This document shows positions 1 to 9,423 of a stretch of DNA of 64,000 nucleotides, piece after piece. The position numbers and the translations under genes are program-made. The stretch covers positions 3,744,001 to 3,808,000 of the forward strand of contig CBDCNP010000002.1 of NCBI GenBank assembly GCA_965219415.1, read 5' to 3'. The DNA comes from Candidatus Marinacidobacterales bacterium (GTDB taxonomy: Bacteria; Acidobacteriota; Vicinamibacteria; Marinacidobacterales; DATDRI01). Numbering within the stretch: the first letter of the stretch is position 1; every line of letters starts with the position of its first letter. Below the pieces are notes generated by a model. The model was not told where the DNA came from. It saw only the letters and a list, made by a program, of their open reading frames with translations, and made no database searches.

Positions 1-646
1 TTCGGTCAAGGCGCGAGGCGCGATCGTCGCAGCCTGGGGGATGGCTGCCAAGCATATCGTCCCCGACATCCCCGACGCGCAGCGCAAGGCGCTCGGCCAG
101 TATAACTACGCGGCGGCGCTTTACATCAACGTCATGTTGCGCCAGTGGCGGCCGATCGCGGAGGCGGGTGCGTTCGAGATGTATCTTCCCGGCGGATACT
201 GTATGTGGATGCACCCACTCGATCCGCTACACGTCGGCGACTACCGCCCCGAACATCACCCCGACAAGCCGACCATCCTTTCGATGTTCAAATACCTCCG
301 CACGCCGGGGCTTCCTCCAGAAGACCAGATGAAGCTTGCCCGGTACGAGCTCGAAAAGAAACCGTTCGAAGACTTCGAGCGCGAAATCCGGAGCGAGCTC
401 GAGCACATCCTCGGCCCGTGGGGATTCGACCCGGCCAAGGATATCCTGGCGATTACCGTGAACCGTTGGGGACACGGCTACATCGTGTTCCCCCATGCCT
501 CGGTGGACGCGCCGCCTCAAGAGGCGGGGCGCGAAAGGGTCGGACGCGTCTCGTTTGCGGGTGCAGACGCCGGTGGAGAGCCGTGGACGCAGGCCGCCCT
601 CCAGCAGGCTCATCGCGCGGCACACGAGCAGCTAGAGCTCGGCTAA
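1..646 (+). CDS. FAD-dependent oxidoreductase, spermidine dehydrogenase (SpdH)-like, C-terminal part (5' end outside window)
   Basis: Frame open from base 2; GFDPAKDILAITVNRWGHGY motif, paralogous to GFDPARDIEAITVNRWPHGY in 14652..15695. Confidence 0.75.
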   Translation, partial: SVKARGAIVAAWGMAAKHIVPDIPDAQRKALGQYNYAAALYINVMLRQWRPIAEAGAFEMYLPGGYCMWMHPLDPLHVGDYRPEHHPDKPTILSMFKYLRTPGLPPEDQMKLARYELEKKPFEDFEREIRSELEHILGPWGFDPAKDILAITVNRWGHGYIVFPHASVDAPPQEAGRERVGRVSFAGADAGGEPWTQAALQQAHRAAHEQLELG

Positions 647-672
647 ACCTGCCACCGGCGTTGGGGCCAGCC

Positions 673-1182
673 ATGTCGCGGAAGAAGACCATCCTCCTGA
701 GCGCTGCCCTGGCGGGACTCGTCGTGCTGGGCTTGGCTGGAGGGATGGTCTGGTTGAGCGAAGCGCGGGCCAGCCCGGAACAGCCCGTTGCCTTCTCTCA
801 CCGCCAGCATGTCGAGAACAACATTCACTGTTCTTTTTGCCACTCCTACTACGAGAAGCACGACGCGGCCGGGCTTCCGCGCGTCGAGCTTTGTGTGACG
901 TGTCATGCCTTCATGCCACAGGAGGACCCAGAGAGCCAGAAGCTTCTCGAATACGCCGACAAGGAAAGAGAAATTCCTTGGGTTCACCTGGAGCAGCTAC
1001 CGCAGTACAGCTATTTCAGCCACAAGTGGCACATCCGGGCCGGCCTCGAGTGCTCGGTCTGTCATGGCCCTATCGCCGAGAGCGATCTGGCGGCGCGACA
1101 CGTGGAGTACAAAATGGATTGGTGCGTGACCTGTCACGAAGATAGCGGCGCACCCGTCGACTGCATCCTCTGTCATACATGA
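673..1182 (+). CDS. Membrane-anchored pentaheme cytochrome c (QrcA/ActA-like)
   Basis: ATG 673 (MSRKKTILL), N-terminal TM helix, five CxxCH motifs (CSFCH, CVTCH, CSVCH, CVTCH, CILCH), PVAFSH and FSHKWH motifs. Confidence 0.85.
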   Translation: MSRKKTILLSAALAGLVVLGLAGGMVWLSEARASPEQPVAFSHRQHVENNIHCSFCHSYYEKHDAAGLPRVELCVTCHAFMPQEDPESQKLLEYADKEREIPWVHLEQLPQYSYFSHKWHIRAGLECSVCHGPIAESDLAARHVEYKMDWCVTCHEDSGAPVDCILCHT

Positions 1183-1189
1183 GTTATTA

Positions 1190-3358
1190 GTGATGAAAAG
1201 ACGGGACTTCCTCAAGAGCACGGTCATTGCCGGGACCGCCGGCTCCTTGCTCGATGCGTGCGCGCCAGGCACCGAAAAAATCATTCCGATTCTGATCGAG
1301 GAAGAGGAGTTCATTCCCGGGGTCGAGGAGTGGTTGGCGACGACCTGTTACCAGTGTCCCGGTGGTTGCGGCCTGCTGGCTCGAAAGATCGACGGGCGGC
1401 TGGTCAAAATAGAAGGCAATCCGGCTCATCCTATTTCTCGAGGAGGCAGTTGTGCGCGGGGGCAGGCTTTACCGCAGGCGCTTTATCACCCCGACCGTGT
1501 GCGCTCGCCTCTCCTGCGCGTCGGTGGGCGAGGCGAGAACCGCTGGAAGACTATTTCCTGGGACGAGGCGCTCGAGCGGCTCGGGTCCGCTCTCAACGAA
1601 GTTCGGGAGAACGACGATGCCGACTCACTCGCCTTCCTGACCGGCGCTCTTCACGGGCACCGCGCGGAGATCGTCAGTCGCTTCTTGATGGCTTTCGGAT
1701 CCCCGCAGCGTCTCATCCACGAGCCGTTCGGAGACCAAGCAGTCCTGCAAGCGCACCGGCTGGCCACGGGCGTGGAGTCTTTCTTCGCAACCGACCTGGA
1801 GAACACCAACTACTTCGTTTCCTTCGGCGCGTCTCTGGTCGATGGCCTGCGATCGCCGGTCCGATTCGGGCGCGGGCTCGGGCATATGCGCCGCGGCCGC
1901 CCCGGGGCGCGCGCCAAGACAGTCGCTGTCGAGCCACGGCTTTCGTTGACCGCGGCGAACGCGGATGAATGGCTTCCGGTACGACCCGGTACCGAAGCGG
2001 CCCTAGCTCTCGGGCTCGCCTTCCTGCTGGTCCACGAGGATTGGATCGACGCCGAGCTCGTTCAAGAAGGAGCGCAGGGCTTCGAGGCGTTTCGAGAAGA
2101 CGTGCTGCCTCGCTTCGAGCCGTCTCGAGTCTCGAACGCGACGGGCATTCCCGAGAAGCAACTGCGGAGAGTCGCAAGAGAGATGGCCGAACACCGACCG
2201 ACCCTGGTCGTGGCAGGAGACGCGGCAGTATCGGGTCCGGCGGGCCTGGCGACGGCTCTCGCGGTCTCGCACTTGAATGCGCTTCTCGGGAGCTACGGAG
2301 CGCCGGGCGGGCTCTATGTGGATCCGAAGCCTCCCTTTACCGCTTGGCCTCCGGTCTCCGCGAAAGAACCGGCGCCCCTTTCTCTGGCCTCCGTCGCCAC
2401 CGAGCTTGCCAGTTCGGCCAGTTCGGCCAGTTCAAAACGTTCCATTGAAGTCCTCCTCGTCTCTGGAACCAACCCCATCCACACGCTCCCCGGGGCGTTC
2501 GAGTTGCGCGAAGCCTTTTCCCGCATCCCGTTCATTGCCGGTTTCACATCCTACCTCGACGAGACGACCGGCTTGGCGGACCTGGTTCTGCCGGAGTCGA
2601 CGCCCTTCGAGCGCTTCGACGACGACGTGCCTTCGCCCGGCGTGAGTATTCCGATGGCTTCTCTTTCCGGTCCACTCTTCGAGCGCCCTCTCTACGACAC
2701 CCGCTCGATGCCCGATGTCCTGATCCAGCTGGCCAATCAGTTAGGTGGTGAGATGGCTTCGGCCTTTCCCTGGCCGTCTTACGAGCAAGCGCTTCGAGAC
2801 GCCTGGTCCGGGTTGGGTGGCGCCGGGTCTTGGGACCGCGCTCTGAAAGAAGGTGGTTGGTGGGACACGACCTATTCACCGCGTGGCCCCGCCGGCCGCT
2901 ACCGGTTCGAGATCGGGCCGTTTCGCGACGCGCGAACCGACGCGCCCACCACCGAGCAAGAGTTCCCTTACTGGCTACACGTTTATCCTTCGGCGTCCTT
3001 GGGTGACGGCAAGAGTGCGAACCTGCCTTTCCTTCAAGAGCTCGCCGATCCCATGACGGGAGTACGCTGGGGGACGGTGATCGAGCTCAACTCCGAGACC
3101 GCCGCCGAGCTCGGTGTCGTGGAAGGCGCAATCGTGGAGCTCGAATCACCTCACGGACGGATTCGAGCCGCTGCGCACCTCACACAGGGACTTCGCCCCG
3201 ATGTCGTTGCGGTGGCCGCCGGACAAGCGCACTCGAGCTACGGTCGCTACGCGAGTGGGCGAGGGGCCAACGTCTTCGAGGTTCTCGCGCCGCACATCGA
3301 GCCCAGCTCGGGCGAAGCGTCGCTATCTTTGACCCGGGTACGGGTACGAAAGATCTGA
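1190..3358 (+). CDS. Molybdopterin-oxidoreductase-family subunit (QrcB/ActB1-like), Tat-exported
   Basis: RRDFLK Tat motif; CYQCPGGC...CARG FeS motif; KIEGNPAHP, ADLVLP motifs; C-terminal dinucleotide-binding domain. Confidence 0.85.
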   Translation: MMKRRDFLKSTVIAGTAGSLLDACAPGTEKIIPILIEEEEFIPGVEEWLATTCYQCPGGCGLLARKIDGRLVKIEGNPAHPISRGGSCARGQALPQALYHPDRVRSPLLRVGGRGENRWKTISWDEALERLGSALNEVRENDDADSLAFLTGALHGHRAEIVSRFLMAFGSPQRLIHEPFGDQAVLQAHRLATGVESFFATDLENTNYFVSFGASLVDGLRSPVRFGRGLGHMRRGRPGARAKTVAVEPRLSLTAANADEWLPVRPGTEAALALGLAFLLVHEDWIDAELVQEGAQGFEAFREDVLPRFEPSRVSNATGIPEKQLRRVAREMAEHRPTLVVAGDAAVSGPAGLATALAVSHLNALLGSYGAPGGLYVDPKPPFTAWPPVSAKEPAPLSLASVATELASSASSASSKRSIEVLLVSGTNPIHTLPGAFELREAFSRIPFIAGFTSYLDETTGLADLVLPESTPFERFDDDVPSPGVSIPMASLSGPLFERPLYDTRSMPDVLIQLANQLGGEMASAFPWPSYEQALRDAWSGLGGAGSWDRALKEGGWWDTTYSPRGPAGRYRFEIGPFRDARTDAPTTEQEFPYWLHVYPSASLGDGKSANLPFLQELADPMTGVRWGTVIELNSETAAELGVVEGAIVELESPHGRIRAAAHLTQGLRPDVVAVAAGQAHSSYGRYASGRGANVFEVLAPHIEPSSGEASLSLTRVRVRKI

Positions 3359-3371
3359 GGGAACGATCGAC

Positions 3372-4106
3372 ATGCCGAAATGGGGAATGGTCATCGATCT
3401 AGACCGCTGCACGGGCTGCGAAGCCTGCGTCGTCGGTTGCCGCACCGAGAACAACGTGCCCGTCGCTGGCCCCGAGGAGACCGCGCGCGGTCGGGCCACG
3501 GAGTGGATCCGTGTAGAGAGGTACGTAGAGGGAGACTTCCCGAACGTGAAGGTTCGCTTCAAGCCGGTGCTCTGTGTCCACTGCGACGACGCACCCTGTG
3601 TGAAGGTCTGCCCGGTATCCGCGACCTACGAAACCCCGGACGGGCTCAATGCACAGATCCATCCCCGCTGCATCGGAACGCGCGCCTGCGCCCAGGCTTG
3701 CCCTTACACGGTGCGCTACTTCAATTGGAAGGAGCCCGCTTGGGATGCTCCGCTCGAGCAGACGATCAATCCCGACGTCGCGGTCCGCTGGAAGGGCATC
3801 ATGGAGAAGTGTACCTTTTGTGTTCAGAGGATCCGGCGCTCCAAGGATCAAGCCAAAGAAGAAGACCGTCCCATCGCGGACCGCGAGATCCAGCCCGCTT
3901 GTGCGCAAGCTTGTCCGGCAGATGTGATTACTTTTGGTGACCTCGAGGATCCGGACAGCACGGTGTCCCAACTAGCGGACAGCCCGCGCGCCGAACGGCC
4001 GCTCGAAGAACTGGGCACCGGCCCGCGGGTCATCTACCTCAAGGAAGGAGATTGGCGAGCGAGTGCCAGACCGGACGCCAAATCCAACAATGGCCCAGAC
4101 CATTGA
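3372..4106 (+). CDS. 4Fe-4S dicluster protein (QrcC/ActB2/NrfC-like)
   Basis: IDLDRCTGCEAC, CVHCDDAPCVKVCP, CIGTRACAQACP, MEKCTFC...PACAQACP. Confidence 0.9.
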   Translation: MPKWGMVIDLDRCTGCEACVVGCRTENNVPVAGPEETARGRATEWIRVERYVEGDFPNVKVRFKPVLCVHCDDAPCVKVCPVSATYETPDGLNAQIHPRCIGTRACAQACPYTVRYFNWKEPAWDAPLEQTINPDVAVRWKGIMEKCTFCVQRIRRSKDQAKEEDRPIADREIQPACAQACPADVITFGDLEDPDSTVSQLADSPRAERPLEELGTGPRVIYLKEGDWRASARPDAKSNNGPDH

Positions 4107-5409
4107 AGACCCGCTGATCCGCCCCCTTAGTGAGACCGGCCGCGCATTCTGGATCACGGTCGGGTGCCTCCTGGCGGTCATGGCCTTCGGTGGCTACCAA
4201 TGGTATCGCCAGGTCCGCGACGGCCTCGCGGTGACGGGCATGAACCGTCCCGTCTACTGGGGGCTCTACATTACCAACTACGTCTTCTTCATCGGCATCA
4301 GCCATGCCGGCACGTTGATCTCCGCCATCTTACGACTCACCCATGCCGAGTGGCGGCGACCCATTACGCGTGCCGCCGAGGCCATTACGGTTTTTGCCCT
4401 GGCCATGGGCGCCAGCAACGTTCTTTGGCACCTCGGCCGTCCCGAGCTCATTTATTTACCTCTGCTGCACCCGCAGTTTCTTTCTCCCCTTATCTGGGAC
4501 GTGGTTTGCATCTCCCTATACATGGTGGCGAGCATCGTTTATCTCTACCTTCCACTCATCCCCGACCTGGCGCTGCTACGTGATCGTCTCCCACGACGCC
4601 GTTGGCTATACGCTCCTCTGGCGCTGGGCTGGAATGGGACACCGCGGCAACGTCGGGTTCTACACAAAGCGATCGGTGTCATGGCGGTGGCCATCATTCC
4701 CATCGCCGTCTCCGTGCACACCGTCGTCTCCTGGGTGTTTGCGATGACACTGGTTCCGATGTGGCACTCGGCTATCTTCGGTCCTTACTTCGTGGTGGGA
4801 GCAATTTTCAGCGGCATCGCGGCGATCTTGATCGCCATGGCCATTCTGAGGAAGGTCCTTCGCTTGGAAGCCTATTTTCGCCCGATTCATTTCAACAACC
4901 TCGGGCTCTTGATGCTGACGATGTCTTGCTTGTGGTTCTACTTCACGTTCGCCGAGCACCTCACGACGTGGTACGGGAATCAACCTGAGGAGATGGCGGT
5001 TTTCAACGCGCGGCTCTTCGGTCCCTTCGCGCCTCCCTTCTGGACCATGTTCGCCTGTTGTTTCGTCATCCCGCTCTTCATCCTGGCGTTCAAGCGGACC
5101 CGGACCATCGCCGGTACCGTGATCGCGTCGGTGTCGGTATTGGTCGGCATGTGGCTGGAGCGGTTCATCATCGTGGTCTCCTCGGCCTCGTTCCCGCGGA
5201 TGTCCTTCAACTGGGATCCTGGGATCTACACCCCAAGCCTGGTGGAGATCTCCATGACCGCAGCCCAGTTCGCGTGTTTCGCCTTGATGTACGTCCTGTT
5301 CTCCAAGCTTTTTCCCATCATTTCGATCTGGGAGATCGAAGAGGGCGAAGAAGAGGAAGCGATCCTTCAGGCAACCACACCGGTTTCGCCCACCGAGGTG
5401 TCAATCTAA
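4090..5409 (+). CDS. NrfD/PsrC-family quinone-interacting membrane subunit (QrcD/ActC-like)
   Basis: WGLYITNYVFFIGISHAGTLISAIL, WRRPITRAAE, SPLIWD, SVHTVVSW, PMWHS, GMWLERF; ~10 TM helices. Confidence 0.9.
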   Translation: MAQTIEDPLIRPLSETGRAFWITVGCLLAVMAFGGYQWYRQVRDGLAVTGMNRPVYWGLYITNYVFFIGISHAGTLISAILRLTHAEWRRPITRAAEAITVFALAMGASNVLWHLGRPELIYLPLLHPQFLSPLIWDVVCISLYMVASIVYLYLPLIPDLALLRDRLPRRRWLYAPLALGWNGTPRQRRVLHKAIGVMAVAIIPIAVSVHTVVSWVFAMTLVPMWHSAIFGPYFVVGAIFSGIAAILIAMAILRKVLRLEAYFRPIHFNNLGLLMLTMSCLWFYFTFAEHLTTWYGNQPEEMAVFNARLFGPFAPPFWTMFACCFVIPLFILAFKRTRTIAGTVIASVSVLVGMWLERFIIVVSSASFPRMSFNWDPGIYTPSLVEISMTAAQFACFALMYVLFSKLFPIISIWEIEEGEEEEAILQATTPVSPTEVSI

Positions 5410-7844
5410 TGTCTTCACGCCAAGCGAGGGTCGTCATCATCGGGGGAGGCGTCGGGGGCTGCAGCGTCCTCTATCACCTAACCAAGCTCGGCTGGACGGA
5501 CGTTCTGCTCCTCGAAAAGAACGAGCTGACCAGCGGCTCGACCTGGCACGCCGCAGGCCTCTGCACGCAGTTCACCGCGAGCTACAACATGATGAAGCTC
5601 CTCAAGTACAGCCTCGATCTGTACGGAACGCTCGAAGCCGGGACCGGACAGCCCGTCGGCTTGCATCGTTGCGGGAGCGTCCGTCTCGCCGTGTCGCAGG
5701 ATCGCCTCGACGAGTTCCACCACCGCGCGGGCATCGCAAAGTGTCTGGGCCTCCCTTTCGAAGTGGTCTCAGCCGAGCGAGCCCGGGAGCTCTTCCCGCT
5801 CGTCGACCTCGACGGAATCGTCGGTGCGGCTCACATCCCGACCGACGGCCACGTCGATCCGAGTGGCGTCTCGCAGGCGCTGGCGAAGGGAGCCCAATCC
5901 GCGGGTGCCGAGATCCTCCGGCACACCGCGGTGACCTCGATCGAGCGAGACGGCGATGCCTGGCTCGTCAAGACCTCGAAGGGCGACATCCGAGCCGAGA
6001 CCGTCGTCAATGCGGCGGGGCAATGGGCAAACCGGATCGGTCAAATGATCGGTGTCAAGCTCCCCATCGTTCCCCTCGAACATCATTACGTCATCACCGA
6101 GGATCTCGAAGCGATACGGGCGACGGACTCCGAGCTACCCGTTCTTCGAGACCCCGATGCTTCCTTCTACGTTCGAGCCGAAGTCGACGCTCTTCTCGTT
6201 GGCCCCTTCGAGCGCCACACGAAACCGTGGGCGCTCGCGGGAGTCCCCGAAGACTTTCACAGCCAACTGCTTCCACCCGATCTCGATCGGCTCGAGGATG
6301 TGCTCGCCGCCGCTGCCAAGCGGGTGCCGGCGTTCGGGGACGCGGGGATCAAGACCATCATCAACGGGCCCGATGCCTACACGCCCGATGGGCTTTGCCT
6401 CATGGGGCCGCTGCCGGGTGTTCCCAACTTCCACGTCCTGGCTGGCTTCAGCATCTTCGGCATCGTCTTCGCGGGCGGCGCCGGTAAGTACGGGGCGGAG
6501 TGGATCGTGAACGGGCAGCCCAGCGACAACATGTGGGAGCTCGATGTGCGCCGGTTCGGAGAATATGCGCGCTCGACGAAGTACGTTGCGGAACGGGCCT
6601 GCGAGGTCTACGGGCTCGAGTACGCCATCCACTACCCGGAAGAAGAGCGCCCCGCGGGTCGCCCTCTGAAGACGGGTCCGCTCTACGATCGCCTACTGTC
6701 GAAAGGAGCGGTGTACGGCGCGCGATTCGGTTGGGAACGCCCACTCTGGTTCGCCGGTGGCGCGAACCATGTCGAACCGGCACGAGACGAATACTCGTTT
6801 CGCCGAGGGAACTGGCATCGTGCTGTCGGCGAGGAGTGCACCGCCGTTCGCTCCCGCATTGGCGTTCTCGATCAGACGAGCTTCGCCAAGTATGAGGTCT
6901 CCGGACCCGGCGCGCGGAGTTTCCTCGACCGCCTCTGCACCAACAAACTGCCGGCCTCCATCGGTCGCATGGTCCTCACCCAGATGTGCACCCCAAGGGG
7001 CGGCATCGAGTGCGATGTCACGGTTACCATGATCGGAGAGGAGCGGTTCTACGTCGTGTCCGCCGCGGGCACCGACTTCCATGATTATTCATGGATCGCA
7101 GGTCACTTGCAGAACCGTGACTCGGTGCGACTCGAGAACGTGACCGCCAGATATGGGGTCCTGACGATTGCCGGTCCTCGCTCACGAGACGTCCTTCAGG
7201 CGATGACCGACGCCGACTGCTCGCGAGAGGCCTTCCGGTTTTTTCGATGCCAGAGGCTTCAGGTAGGGATGGCGCCGGTTCGGACACTTCGGGTCTCCTA
7301 CGTCGGCGAGCTCGGTTACGAGCTCCACCATCCCGTCGAGTACCAGAGGCACATCTACGATCTCTTGATGGAAGCCGGCCGGCGGTTCGAGATCGTCGAC
7401 TTCGGCTACCGGGCGCTCGAGGCGATGCGGCTCGAAAAGGCGTATCGGCTATGGGGCTCGGATATGTCGGCGGACTACACGCCGCTCGAGGCGGGACTCG
7501 ATCGTTTCGTGGACTTCGAAAAAGGCGACTTCATTGGCCGCGATGCCTTGCTCCGACAACGAGAGCAAGGCCCCGAACGCATTTTTGCCTGCCTTGTCAT
7601 CGACGAGACCGACGCCGATCCGCACGGCTTCGAGCCCGTTCTCGCCGACCAGCAGACGATTGGCTATCTCGCCTCGGGGGGCTACGGCTACGTGGTCGGG
7701 AAGGCAATCGGCTTCAGCTATCTTCCGCTGCAGTACGCCGTCCCGAGTACGGAGCTTGTCGTCGAGATCCTCGGCGAACGCCGGCCCGCTAAGGTGGTTG
7801 AACAGCCGCTCTACGATCCGAAGAATGAACGCCTTCTTAGCTGA
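5409..7844 (+). CDS. Dimethylglycine/sarcosine dehydrogenase-like FAD oxidoreductase with GcvT domain
   Basis: ATG overlaps upstream stop (TAATG); VVIIGGGVGG, LTSGSTWHAAG, GWERP, SYVGELGYELH, LRLEK-like motif. Confidence 0.9.
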   Translation: MSSRQARVVIIGGGVGGCSVLYHLTKLGWTDVLLLEKNELTSGSTWHAAGLCTQFTASYNMMKLLKYSLDLYGTLEAGTGQPVGLHRCGSVRLAVSQDRLDEFHHRAGIAKCLGLPFEVVSAERARELFPLVDLDGIVGAAHIPTDGHVDPSGVSQALAKGAQSAGAEILRHTAVTSIERDGDAWLVKTSKGDIRAETVVNAAGQWANRIGQMIGVKLPIVPLEHHYVITEDLEAIRATDSELPVLRDPDASFYVRAEVDALLVGPFERHTKPWALAGVPEDFHSQLLPPDLDRLEDVLAAAAKRVPAFGDAGIKTIINGPDAYTPDGLCLMGPLPGVPNFHVLAGFSIFGIVFAGGAGKYGAEWIVNGQPSDNMWELDVRRFGEYARSTKYVAERACEVYGLEYAIHYPEEERPAGRPLKTGPLYDRLLSKGAVYGARFGWERPLWFAGGANHVEPARDEYSFRRGNWHRAVGEECTAVRSRIGVLDQTSFAKYEVSGPGARSFLDRLCTNKLPASIGRMVLTQMCTPRGGIECDVTVTMIGEERFYVVSAAGTDFHDYSWIAGHLQNRDSVRLENVTARYGVLTIAGPRSRDVLQAMTDADCSREAFRFFRCQRLQVGMAPVRTLRVSYVGELGYELHHPVEYQRHIYDLLMEAGRRFEIVDFGYRALEAMRLEKAYRLWGSDMSADYTPLEAGLDRFVDFEKGDFIGRDALLRQREQGPERIFACLVIDETDADPHGFEPVLADQQTIGYLASGGYGYVVGKAIGFSYLPLQYAVPSTELVVEILGERRPAKVVEQPLYDPKNERLLS

Positions 7845-7878
7845 CGCTCGTTGCTTCCTCACCGGGGATCACCGGGGA

Positions 7879-7912
7879 CCCGTTTGGTGCAAAAAGCGAG
7901 TCGACTCGATGG
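7879..7912 (+). repeat. Solo element-end copy, direct repeat of 8262-8294
   Basis: CCCGTTTGGTGCAAAAAGCGAGTCGACTCGATG vs CGCGTTTGGTGCAAAAAACGAGTCGACTCGATG. Confidence 0.75.
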
Positions 7913-8225
7913 TGTTGATCAGTCTGATTTCCTGATGGGTAAGTCGGAGAAATCCGCTCGAGAGTCCGTCATCATTTACATCGGCAACGAGCTTTTTGGT
8001 GTGAAATGGCGCAATTGGAAATTGCTTCTCAAGGAAATCGATGAACACAGTTATGCGATCAGAACAATGGCTTATCCAACAATCTACAATCTGCTCGCAG
8101 ACCCAAAAGAAGAGGTACCCGAACTCAACTATCTCCCTGACACCTGGGTAGACTTTCCCTTGTACCAAGTTTTAGAAGATCACGAAGCATCGATTGAAGA
8201 AGATCCTGGCGCTCCGGATCCGTAA
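7905..8225 (+). pseudogene. Arylsulfatase C-terminal fragment
   Basis: DGVDQSDFL...GVKWRNWK...IYNLLADPKE; no N-terminus, fused to an element end. Confidence 0.6.
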
Positions 8226-8261
8226 GAACCGAATAATGAGTAACCGTCGACGTCCGCTTTG

Positions 8262-9154
8262 CGCGTTTGGTGCAAAAAACGAGTCGACTCGATGTTCGGC
8301 GCTAGGAGCAGACGCAAGCCGTAGTCCCACGTCTATCCCAAGAACTCGCGCGGGTCGCCAGGCCAGCTCGGAAGCGTGGCAAACAAGGGAATCCGCTCGA
8401 GGGACGTGGGGTTTCACCGTCGCGTACGTTCGATCGTTGTAGTCAAGCGGCTGTACGGTAGTAGTAACGAAGTGGCCCGCCGAGTCGCTCACGGCATTCG
8501 AGGCTGGGCCCATCCGCGTCCTGTGGAATCGGTTCGAGCAAACTGTTGCCGAGACCCTGGTGATTCCTCTCTCGAAGATAATGACGACCGTATTCGCGGA
8601 GAGCACGTTCCAGCGTAGTCCGGCCAAACAGAATCACGCGGTCGAGGCACTCCTCCTTGATTGACCGCACGAATCGCTCCGCGTGAGGATTACAGTTCGG
8701 AGATTTTGGAGGTATCAGAACGACGTCCACGTCGTTTTCCTTCAGGATTTCTCGGAACTCCGTCATGATCTCCGACGAGATGGGGGGACGCCCCGTTTGA
8801 CGACGAGGGTATGTCCATTTCCTCGCGATGAGCTGTCGCTGCCATCGAAGGATTGTGTCCGGGGTGACCACAGTCACCACTTCCTCGAGCAGTTTCCGGC
8901 CAAGCTCCTTTCCCTTGGCCGCGAGTCGACGGCGCTGCGCGTCACTAAGCGTAGGGGGCCGCCCAGCTGCTCGCGGAGAACGCGGTTCTCCTCCTGAAGG
9001 TGTTCAAGGATCTTCTGCTGCTCTCGGTTGGCCAACCCGTCAGGAGCGAGACGAGAAAGATCTGCGGCGAGACGAATGTGCTCATCGCAAGCATCGTAGC
9101 GGAAGCCGCTTACGCCTGCACGAGTCGGTCGGCTGAGTTCTTGCACCATACGGG
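8262..9154 (-). mobile_element. Internally deleted rve-integrase/transposase element
   Basis: Fragments [51 protein letters not shown]; inverted ends CGCGTTTGGTGCAA / TTGCACCATACGGG. Confidence 0.75.
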
Positions 9155-9423
9155 CTCTTTCCGCCCTGACGAGGCACAGCTCAAAAAGAGAAGTGTTACC
9201 TTTGGTTACTAGGTCCGGACGGAGTAGCTTCAAGTATTTACTTGAGCTTCGCGACACACTGGGCCCGACGAGGTATATATAATTAAGATGAATTGCAGGT
9301 CGGACCGCTCAACAGTCGTTGCCCCAACTCTTCTCTTGGTCGTCTTCGTTGGCTGCTTGCGGCGGAAGTGGTGACTCCCCTACCGCGCCAAACCGCCGGG
9401 CTACCCTCACGATCACCTACCGG

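Noticed and set aside
145-672. Long N-terminal extension of the cytochrome c ORF (145..1182)
   Set aside because: Overlaps the upstream gene in another frame; the signal/TM segment begins at ATG 673
2408-2434. GCCAGTTCG x3 tandem repeat
   Set aside because: In-frame linker expansion (ASS repeats); too short to imply function
5058-5408. N-terminal extension of the 928-aa ORF
   Set aside because: Overlaps the NrfD gene; the homologous start is ATG 5409
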